Below are positions 16,002-23,323 of a DNA stretch of 32,000 nt, one piece after another; positions within the stretch are counted from its first letter, which is position 1; every line of letters begins with the position of its first letter. The notes under the pieces were generated by a model. It had not been told where the DNA came from. It did not search any database and was given only the letters and a program-made list of their open reading frames with translations. Origin of the DNA: an uncultured Chloroflexia bacterium (GTDB lineage Bacteria; Chloroflexota; Anaerolineae; Anaerolineales; Anaerolineaceae). The stretch lies in the NCBI GenBank assembly GCA_963704755.1, contig OY969938.1:2610001-2642000 (forward strand). Direction: 5' to 3'. The position numbers were made by a program, and so were the translations under genes.

Positions 16002-17387
16002 TTGAAGAGTTGGAGATTAGCTGTGAAGGAGCACCATCGCGTAGTGATCGTTGGGGGTGGTTTTGGGGGGCTGTATGCCGCCAAGTCGTTGGGGCGAGCC
16101 CCGGTGCAGGTGACCTTGTTGGACCGCCATAACTATCATCTGTTCCAACCGCTGCTGTACCAGGTGGCTACCGGTTTTCTCTCTCCCGCGGACGTGGCTT
16201 CGCCGCTGCGGGCCGAGCTACACGCCTACCGCAATACCCGCGTGCTGCTGGGCGAGGTCAGCGACGTGGATGTGGATGGCCATAAGGTCATTGCCGAAGG
16301 GGAAGAAATCCCCTACGATACCCTCATCCTGGCGACCGGCTCCAGCCATTCTTACTTTGGGCACAAGGATTGGGAAGCCTATGCGCCCGGTTTGAAATCC
16401 ATCGATAACGCCCTGGACGTGTGCAGCCGGGTATTCCTGGCTTTCGAGATGGCCGAAAGGGTCCAGGATGCGGTCCAACGCCAGATGTGGCTGACCTTCG
16501 TGATCGTGGGCGGCGGCCCAACCGGCGTGGAGGTGGCCGGGGCCCTGGGTGAGACCGTTCTGCACACCCTGCGCAGCGACTACCGCTCGATCAGCCGGGC
16601 GGAGGTCAACATTCTGCTGCTGGAAGGCGGTGAACGGATCCTGCCGGCCTACACGCCGCGCCTGTCTGAGCGGGCGGTTGGATCGCTGAAACGGCTGCGC
16701 GTCACCGTGCGGACCGGCAACCTGGTGACCCATGTGGAGAGCAATTCGGTTAATGTACGCATCGGCGAACAGGAGGATTACATTTCGGCCGGGACGATCC
16801 TGTGGGCGGCGGGTGTGCAGGCCTCGCCTTTGGGAAGGATCCTGCACGAACGGACCCATGCCCAGTTGGACCGCACCGGGCGCCTGGTCGTCGAGCCGGA
16901 TATGAGCCTGGCCGGCTATCCGGAGATTTTCGTGATCGGCGACCTGGCCAATTTTTCGCACCAGACCGGGCAGCCCCTGCCGGGGGTGGCCCAGCCCGCC
17001 ATGCAGGAAGGCGCTTACGTGGCCCGCCTGATCCAACGGCGCTTAAATGGCAAGTCGCTGCCCCCTTTCCACTACCGCGACAAGGGCATTCTGGCGACCA
17101 TCGGGCGCACCACCGCGGTGGCCGACCTGGGCAAGATCAAGTTCTCCGGTTTTTTGGCCAAGCTGATTTGGATCTTCGTCCACCTGTGGTACATCACCGA
17201 ATTCGAGAACAAAGCCCTGGTCTTCCTGCAGTGGGCCTGGAATTACCTGACACTCAGCCAACCCGCCCGCATTATCCTGAACGCCTTTCCGCCGCCGGTG
17301 GCCCACCCCGAGGTGAAAACGGGCGGGGATGGCAGCTTCGTTTCCGCCGGGCAAAAGGTTTTCAACAAAGACCCGTCGAAAGAATAA
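16002..17387 (+). CDS. ndh: Type II NADH:quinone oxidoreductase (NDH-2)
   Basis: Two Rossmann motifs (VVIVGGGFGGLY and FVIVGGGPTGVE) and GDLA near the C-terminus. The track start is TTG 16002. GTG 16023, with GGAG 7 nt upstream, is at least as likely. Confidence 0.85.
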   Translation: MKSWRLAVKEHHRVVIVGGGFGGLYAAKSLGRAPVQVTLLDRHNYHLFQPLLYQVATGFLSPADVASPLRAELHAYRNTRVLLGEVSDVDVDGHKVIAEGEEIPYDTLILATGSSHSYFGHKDWEAYAPGLKSIDNALDVCSRVFLAFEMAERVQDAVQRQMWLTFVIVGGGPTGVEVAGALGETVLHTLRSDYRSISRAEVNILLLEGGERILPAYTPRLSERAVGSLKRLRVTVRTGNLVTHVESNSVNVRIGEQEDYISAGTILWAAGVQASPLGRILHERTHAQLDRTGRLVVEPDMSLAGYPEIFVIGDLANFSHQTGQPLPGVAQPAMQEGAYVARLIQRRLNGKSLPPFHYRDKGILATIGRTTAVADLGKIKFSGFLAKLIWIFVHLWYITEFENKALVFLQWAWNYLTLSQPARIILNAFPPPVAHPEVKTGGDGSFVSAGQKVFNKDPSKE

Positions 17388-17459
17388 CCTCAGGCTGTCT
17401 CGCAGGCAGTGCAGCCTTCTAAAGCGAAGGGCATGTGGATGAGCCCATTGGCCAATCGT

Positions 17460-19493
17460 CTATTGGCCGAACGGGATGGTAAACTGCACCTTCGTCCCCC
17501 GGCCGGGTGCACTTTCGATCTGGATCTGGCCCCGGTTTTGGGCGGCCCGTTCGCGCATGGTGCGCAGCCCGAGGTGACCGGGGTAATCCGCGCCGGCATC
17601 AAAGCCGCTTCCATTATCGACGACTTCCAGGCATAGCTGCTGGCCATCGCAGGTCAAGGCCAGGCTCACCTGGGTGGCATGCGCATGCCGGATGATGTTT
17701 TGGGTCGCTTCCTGGGCGACCCGGTACACCGCTTCCTTGACGGCCAGCGGCACCGGCGGTTCCTGGCCCAGGTCCACCTGCACGTCCAGGTCATAGCGCG
17801 CCCGCAGCACGGCGGCTTGCTTTTCCAGCGCCACTACCAGCCCGTCGATGCGCAGCGATTCGGGCCGCAGCTCGAAGATCAGGGCGCGCATTTCCACCTG
17901 ACCGGCCTCGGCCAGGTGGCTGACGTAATCCAGCGCGTCCGCGGTCTGGGCCGGGTCGCGGGTGGTATCCAGCGCGGCGCGGGCAGCCTTGGCGCCCAGC
18001 CCGATGCTGTACAGCACCTGCGAGACCGAGTCGTGCAGTTCACGCGCCAGCCGCTGGCGCTCTTCCAGCACGGCCAGTTGGCCGGCCTGCTCGTACAGGC
18101 GCGCGTTTTCGATGGCGGTGGCTACCTGCTGGGCAAAGGCCAGGGCCAGGTGGGCGTCTTCGGGCTGGTAATACTGCGGGTCACGATGGACGAAGGCGAA
18201 CATGCCCATGGCCTGGTCCTTGACTACCAGCGGGATACCCATCCAGCAGGTCCTGGCGGCATACAGCCCGTCGGCGTTCCAGTCGTGGACGATCACCGGC
18301 TGGCGCGAAACGATCGCCTGGTCCATGTGAAACTCATCCAGCAGCGAAAACAGGCGCCCGTCTCCGGCCGGCGGCATCGAGCCGGCCTGGCTGACCAGCA
18401 CCAGCCGGCCGGCATCGTCCAGCCGGAAAATATTGGCCGCGTTGTAATCGATCACGTTTTTCATTTCGGCCAGGATCTGCGCTAACAGCGGCTCCAGGGC
18501 CAGGGTCGAACTGACCCGCTGGGAGACGGCCAGCAGGGTGGATAGCTCGCGGGTGCGTTCCTCCACGCGCTGCTCCAATTCCTGGCGAGCGGCGGCGATC
18601 TCACGGGTGCGCTGAGCCACAGCCTGGGCCAGGCGGCCCTGCCGGTTGACGGTCAGGTAAACCACCCCGGTGGCCAGCAAGAGGATGGCCAGGCTGCCCA
18701 GGCGAAAAAGCGTTTCCTGGGGCTGGACCGGCGCTTCCCATCCGCCTTGGGGCACCCCGCCTAACTGCCAGGCGCCCTCCGGCAGCTCGATTTGCTGGCT
18801 GGCCGGATCCTGCTGCCACAGGTCGTTCGGGCCGAAAAAGGTATGGCCGTTATTATCTTGCAAAGCCACGTTCAGCCCGCTCAGCGGGTCGCTCAGGCCC
18901 GAATCGGCCAGGATGGTGTGCATATCCAGGGCAATCGAGACCAGCCCCCACAGGTCCTTGCCGCGATAGACAGCCCGCCAGGCGGTCAGGCCGAAACCGC
19001 CCTGGCGCAACTGGCCTGGCTGGCTCATGGTGATCTGGCGGGTATGGATGGCGCGCTGCACGTCGGCGCGGGTGTCCGGGTCGGGGTCGTTGAGGATGTC
19101 GTAGCCGCTTAGCGTTTGGGTATCAAAGAGCGGGTAGATATAGCGGGCGATACCTTCCGGGGCGATCATCAGTGTGCGCAGGCCGGTCGAGTTGAAGTAC
19201 AACCCGGATGAGTAAATTTCGAAAGGTTCGTCGAAATGGGTATCCGGCCATTCGGTGCGGGTAAAAGCGTACAGCCCCTGCAGCAGGGCGATGCGCTGGT
19301 TAACGGCCGAGGTCAGCGCGTTGGCACGGGCCGAAATCTGCTCGGCCACCTTGGCCCGTTCCTGTTTGATCAGGCTGCCGCGGTACCAGTTGCCCAGCCA
19401 CAACCAGGCCGGCAGCAGGACCAGCAGGGTGAGCAGTGCAGCCAGCAGGGCTCCTCCGCGCGGAGTGTGGAACGCTTTCAACAGCCGTTTCAT
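17460..19493 (-). CDS. Sensor histidine kinase: TM, CHASE-like periplasmic domain, TM, coiled coil, GAF, HisKA_3, HATPase_c
   Basis: 677 aa. NarL-type H-box LARELHDSVSQVLYSI, ATPase motifs (VVDNGSGF, GLRTMRERA), a GAF-like block before the H-box, and an extracytoplasmic region between two hydrophobic helices. Confidence 0.85.
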   Translation of the reverse strand: MKRLLKAFHTPRGGALLAALLTLLVLLPAWLWLGNWYRGSLIKQERAKVAEQISARANALTSAVNQRIALLQGLYAFTRTEWPDTHFDEPFEIYSSGLYFNSTGLRTLMIAPEGIARYIYPLFDTQTLSGYDILNDPDPDTRADVQRAIHTRQITMSQPGQLRQGGFGLTAWRAVYRGKDLWGLVSIALDMHTILADSGLSDPLSGLNVALQDNNGHTFFGPNDLWQQDPASQQIELPEGAWQLGGVPQGGWEAPVQPQETLFRLGSLAILLLATGVVYLTVNRQGRLAQAVAQRTREIAAARQELEQRVEERTRELSTLLAVSQRVSSTLALEPLLAQILAEMKNVIDYNAANIFRLDDAGRLVLVSQAGSMPPAGDGRLFSLLDEFHMDQAIVSRQPVIVHDWNADGLYAARTCWMGIPLVVKDQAMGMFAFVHRDPQYYQPEDAHLALAFAQQVATAIENARLYEQAGQLAVLEERQRLARELHDSVSQVLYSIGLGAKAARAALDTTRDPAQTADALDYVSHLAEAGQVEMRALIFELRPESLRIDGLVVALEKQAAVLRARYDLDVQVDLGQEPPVPLAVKEAVYRVAQEATQNIIRHAHATQVSLALTCDGQQLCLEVVDNGSGFDAGADYPGHLGLRTMRERAAQNRGQIQIESAPGRGTKVQFTIPFGQ

Positions 19494-20137
19494 AGCGGCG
19501 GTTCTTCTTCCGTTTTCACCAGCCCGTTACGTACGGCGATGAGAGCCGCCTGGGTGCGGCTGGTCACGCCGAGTTTAATGAAAATGTTGCTCACGTGTAC
19601 TTTGACCGTCTTTTCAGCGATGGATAACTCCAGGGCGATTTCCTTGTTGGAGCGGCCGCGGGCGATCTGGTGCAGAACGGCGGACTCGCGCTCGGTCAGG
19701 CTGTCGATGGAGGAGGCTTGCTCCTCACCGGCCGTCAGGCGCAGCGCCACCTGCCTGGAAAGCTGCACCTGCCCCGCGGCGGCGGCGTGAATCGCCCGGC
19801 ACAGTTCGTCCGAGCCGGTGTCTTTTAACAGGTACCCGGATGCCCCGGCGTGAATGGCCTGGTGAATGATGGCGTCGTCGAGTACGCTGGTCAGGATAAT
19901 GACTTCGCAGTCCGGCAGCGTCCGGCGGATGGCAGCGGTGGCTTCCAGCCCGTCCATAACCGGCATCAAAATGTCCATCAAGATGACGTCCGGGTGCAGC
20001 TTTTCGGCCTGCTCCAGCGCTTCTTTACCATTCGAAGCCTCTCCCACCACCGTTAAATCCGGATCGAATTTGAGATACATGCGCAGACCCTGGCGCACGA
20101 TGCCGTGGTCGTCTGCAATCAAGATACGGATCGCCAT
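19490..20137 (-). CDS. NarL/LuxR-family response regulator
   Basis: 215 aa. REC domain (ILIADDHGIVR...ILMDILMP) and LuxR HTH (LTERESAVLHQIARGRSNKEIALELSIAEKTVKVHVSNIFIKLGV). AAGGAG lies 6 nt upstream. There is an ATGA overlap with the kinase gene. Confidence 0.9.
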   Translation of the reverse strand: MAIRILIADDHGIVRQGLRMYLKFDPDLTVVGEASNGKEALEQAEKLHPDVILMDILMPVMDGLEATAAIRRTLPDCEVIILTSVLDDAIIHQAIHAGASGYLLKDTGSDELCRAIHAAAAGQVQLSRQVALRLTAGEEQASSIDSLTERESAVLHQIARGRSNKEIALELSIAEKTVKVHVSNIFIKLGVTSRTQAALIAVRNGLVKTEEEPPL

Positions 20138-20169
20138 TTTGGCTCCTTACTAAGCGATTATAACTTGCG

Positions 20170-21137
20170 TTTCCTCGGTTTAGAAACCCGAGCTACACAA
20201 TACCGTAGCCCGGCTTTCAAAGCCGGGGTCTGGAGACAGGCTTGGGTCTCGAATCCTGGTGATACCCCTCGGGTTAGAAACCCGAGCTACGTGCGGGTAC
20301 GTAGCCCGGCTTTCAAAGCCGGGGGGTCTGGAGACAGGCCTGGGACTCGAATCCCAGTGATACCCCTCGGGTTAGAAACCCGAGCTACGTGCCGGTACCG
20401 TAGCCCGGCTTTCAAAGCCGGGGGGTCTGGAGGCTGGCCCGGATGCCACCTTTCTGAGACGAGATTTCTGCAATTGTTAAACGCAAATCCTGGTGATACT
20501 ACACAATACCGTAGCCCGGCTTTCAAAGCCGGGGGGTCTGGAGGCGAGCCTGGGTCTCGAATCCCGGTGATACCTCTCGGGTTAGAAACCCGAGCTACGT
20601 GCGGGTACGTAGCCCGGCTTTCAAAGCCGGGGGGTCTGGAGGCGGGCCTGGATGCCACCATTCCGAGACGAGAAATCAAAAATTGTTAAACGCGAATCCC
20701 GGTGATACCTCTCGGGTTAGAAACCCGAGCTACGTGCGGGTACGTAGCCCGGCTTTCAAAGCCGGGGGGTCTGGAGGCGGGCCTGGATGCCACCATTCCG
20801 AGACGAGAAATCAAAAATTGTTAAACGCAAATCCCGGTGATACCTCTCGGGTTAGAAACCCGAGCTACACAATACCGTAGCCCGGCTTTCAAAGCCGGGG
20901 GGTCTGGAGGCTGGCCCGGATGTCACCTTTCTGAGACGAGATTTCTGCAATTGTTAAACGCAAATCCTGGTGATACCTCTCGGGTTAGAAACCCGAGCTA
21001 CATACCAATATCGTAGCCCGGCTTTCAAAGCCGGGGGGTCTGGAGACGGGCCTGGATGCCACCATTCCGAGACGAGAAGTCAACAATTGTTAAACTCGAA
21101 TCCTGGTGATACCTCTCGGGTTAGAAACCCGAGCTAC
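20170..21137. repeat. BIME-like mosaic array: 8 head-to-head REP-like hairpin doublets (…CTAC-N8-11-GTAG…) joined by short or long linkers
   Basis: Hairpin H2 (GTAG-cccggctt-tca-aagccggg) starts at 20205, 20301, 20400, 20511, 20609, 20744, 20877 and 21013. Hairpin H1 (ctcgggtt-aga-aacccgag-CTAC) precedes seven of these (it is absent before 20511) and one extra copy closes the array at about 21115. Unit lengths are 96-136 nt, not multiples of 3. Units 20576-20710 and 20711-20845 differ at 1 nt. Confidence 0.85.
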
Positions 21138-21347
21138 CCTTTCCAGACATTTTCTGATCGTACTGGCTAGCTACAAATCATTATAGTGTCTATTGGGGGC
21201 AGAACGACTAGGACCAAAGGCTTAGGCCGCTATAGACCTTCTCCAGTTGTACCGCCGGCCGGGCGCGACTATACTGCATATACAGTCTTTTCCCTTTACG
21301 AGAATCGCCCTTTTAAGGGAATTGCTAATCAACACAGGAGAGAACGC

Positions 21348-22007
21348 ATGAAAAAAGCTTCTATTGGTTTTATTTGGGTTTTGATCGCAGTCTTTTCAAT
21401 CGTCTTATCGGCTTGCGCAACGCAGGCTAATGCCAGCAACCCGACCGCAGCCCCCACCCAGGCGGATACGCCCGTCCCGGCGGCGACAACCGCCCCCCAG
21501 GCGACCGACATTGTCTCAACCCCGACCGCACCGGTAACCAGCCAACCCACCACGTTGGATAGCTACTCGGACCCGTTTTCCTACTGCGCGGCGGTCGGGA
21601 CGATCGATGCACCGGACGCGCGCTATACCGGCGATGCGGTACCGGATGTGGTCATCCAGGGCTACCTTAAGGCAGCCGGCCTGGAGAACAACGGCGAGCC
21701 GATTGAAATCCTGCAAAAGACGACCATCTGGCGCTGTATGGACAAATCGGTATATGTGTGCAATTTTGGCGCGAACCTGCCTTGCAATTCCAAGGCCAAT
21801 ACCGACAAAACGCCTACCCAGGCCATGAACGATTTCTGCACGGCTAACCCCGATTCGGATAGCATCCCGATGAGCGTGACCGGCCATTCGACGATCTATG
21901 ACTGGCACTGCGTCAAGGATACCCCCGAGCTGCTCGACCAGATCGACCAGGTCGATGCCGCCGGTTACCTGACGCGGATCTGGTACCAGCTCCAACCCGG
22001 GTCATAA
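21348..22007 (+). CDS. Secreted lipoprotein of unknown family (Thr/Pro/Ala linker plus 6-Cys C-terminal domain)
   Basis: The start was moved to ATG 21348 (AGGAGAG upstream). Signal peptide MKKASIGFIWVLIAVFSIVLSAC with lipobox L-S-A-C. A low-complexity linker is followed by a domain with 6 Cys. No homolog recognised. Confidence 0.7.
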   Translation: MKKASIGFIWVLIAVFSIVLSACATQANASNPTAAPTQADTPVPAATTAPQATDIVSTPTAPVTSQPTTLDSYSDPFSYCAAVGTIDAPDARYTGDAVPDVVIQGYLKAAGLENNGEPIEILQKTTIWRCMDKSVYVCNFGANLPCNSKANTDKTPTQAMNDFCTANPDSDSIPMSVTGHSTIYDWHCVKDTPELLDQIDQVDAAGYLTRIWYQLQPGS

Positions 22008-22022
22008 AAGTCCCCTCACCCC

Positions 22023-22056
22023 AAAACCTCTTCCGGAAACGGGAGAGGTTTTTTTA
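22023..22056 (+). terminator. Intrinsic terminator of the lipoprotein gene, built from a family-C hairpin
   Basis: aaaacctcttccg-gaaa-cgggagaggtttt followed by a T-run. It is preceded by cccctcacccc, the reverse orientation of the hairpin plus GGGTGAGGG module. Confidence 0.7.
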
Positions 22057-22059
22057 ACA

Positions 22060-23225
22060 ATGTTCCAAGCCTCATCCTAATCCGCCAGGGCGTTTGCCTG
22101 CCTGCCGCGCCCCTCACCTGACCTCTCCCCGCCGGGAATAGGAATTTTGCCGCGAAGGTGAGGCCAATGACCGATGAACGCGCGAAGCCAACAAATTCTT
22201 GCTCCTTCCCCCTTTTAGGGGGAAGGCCGGGATGAGGGTCTGCGCCGGCCCGCCAGGGCGTTTGCCTGCCTGCCGCGCCCCTCACCTGACCGCTCCCCGC
22301 CGGGAACTTTTCCGCGAAGGCGAGGCCAATGACCGGTGAACGCGCGAAGCCAACAAATTCTTGCTCCTTCCCCCTTTTAGGGGGAAGGCCGGGATGAGGG
22401 TCTGCGCAGGCCCGCCAGAGCGTTCGCCTGCCGGCTGCGCCCCTCACCTGACCTCTCCCCGCCGGGGACTTTTCCGCGAAGGTGAGGCCAATGACCGATG
22501 AACGCGCGAAGCCAACAAATTCTTGCTCCTTCCCCCTTTTAGGGGGAAGGCCGGGATGAGGGTCTGCGCCGGCCCGCCAGGGCGTTCGCCTGCCGGCTGC
22601 GCCCCTCACCTGACCTCTCCCCGCCGGGAACTTTTCCGCGAAGGTGAGGCCAATGACCGATGAACGCGCGAAGCCAACAAATTCTTGCTCCTTCCCCCTT
22701 TTAGGGGGAAGGCCGGGATGAGGGTCTGCGCCGGCCCGCCAGAGCGTTTGCCTGCCTGCCGCGCCCTTCACCTGACCTCTCCCCGCCGGGAATAGGAATT
22801 TTGCCGCGAAGGTGAGGCCAATGACCGATGAACGCGCGAAGCCAACAAATTCTTGCTCCTTCCCCCTTTTAGGGGGAAGGCCGGGATGAGGGTCTGCGCC
22901 GGCCCGCCAGGGCGTTTGCCTGCCGGCCGCGCCCCTCACCTGACCTCTCCCCGCCGGGGACTTTTCCGCGAAGGTGAGGCCAATGACCGATGAACGCGCG
23001 AAGCCAACAAATTCTTGCTCCTTCCCCCTTTTAGGGTGAAGGCCGGGATGAGGGTCTGCGCAGGCCCGCCAGGGCGTTTGCCTGCTGGCCGCGCCCCTCA
23101 CCTGACCTCGCCCCGCCGGGGACTTTTCCACGAAGGTGAGGCCAATGATTGATGCATGGGTAACGCCTACAAATTCTTACTCCTTCCCCCTTTTAGGGGG
23201 AAGGCCGGGATGAGGGTCAACGCAG
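22060..23225. repeat. Seven tandem copies of a 162/168-bp structured repeat
   Basis: Units start (ccgccag...) at 22082, 22250, 22412, 22574, 22736, 22904 and 23066. Each contains the hairpin ccttccccct-ttt-agggggaagg, the motif ccgggatgagggt, and an 8-bp long-range stem cctcacct...aggtgagg that encloses tcccc-gcc-gggga. Confidence 0.9.
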
Positions 23226-23269
23226 GCCGAACGAAGCAGATGTGGCTCGAACCAGGACCTTTGTGGAAT

Positions 23270-23309
23270 AAAAAGCCCTCATCCTAAATTATTGGGATGA
23301 GGGCTTTTT
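23270..23309 (-). terminator. Intrinsic (bidirectional) terminator after the MFS gene
   Basis: aaaaagccctcatcc-taaattattg-ggatgagggcttttt. The A/T runs on both sides make it usable on either strand. It begins 15 nt after the MFS stop. Confidence 0.7.
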
Positions 23310-23323
23310 AAATCCGTTCAGGA

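Noticed and set aside
20170-21137. CRISPR array
   Set aside because: The conserved parts are long, composite and hairpin-rich. The variable 'spacers' are only 8-11 nt, or are themselves recurring linkers (S, L1, L2). There is no 28-37 nt repeat with unique 30-40 nt spacers, no cas genes and no leader.
20170-21137. tRNA or tRNA-Sec-like genes in the array units. Hairpin H2 has a 7-nt loop, UUUCAAA, that would read as a UCA anticodon. H1 resembles a long D-arm, tgggtCTCGAATccc resembles a T-arm, and ggtgatacc can pair with itself.
   Set aside because: There is an extra hairpin between the D-like and anticodon-like arms. The T-loop lacks GTTC and is replaced by a 45-nt insert in the long units. 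The 'acceptor' strands are direct repeats shared by neighbouring units and pair only with an A-A mismatch and two G-U pairs. There is no discriminator or CCA context. The GTAG/CTAC-flanked inverted hairpins are explained better as REP elements.
22016-23131. 371-aa minus-strand ORF (tandem 54/56-aa repeats) as a real repeat protein
   Set aside because: The GTG start was created by a point variant in one unit, with no SD. The composition is Arg/Gly/Pro/Ala-rich, as in GC-rich non-coding DNA. Inter-unit differences are mostly non-synonymous (roughly 12 versus 4 by hand count). The unit is built from hairpins shared with non-coding solo elements. I keep it as an alternative hypothesis in the findings because the period is always divisible by 3.
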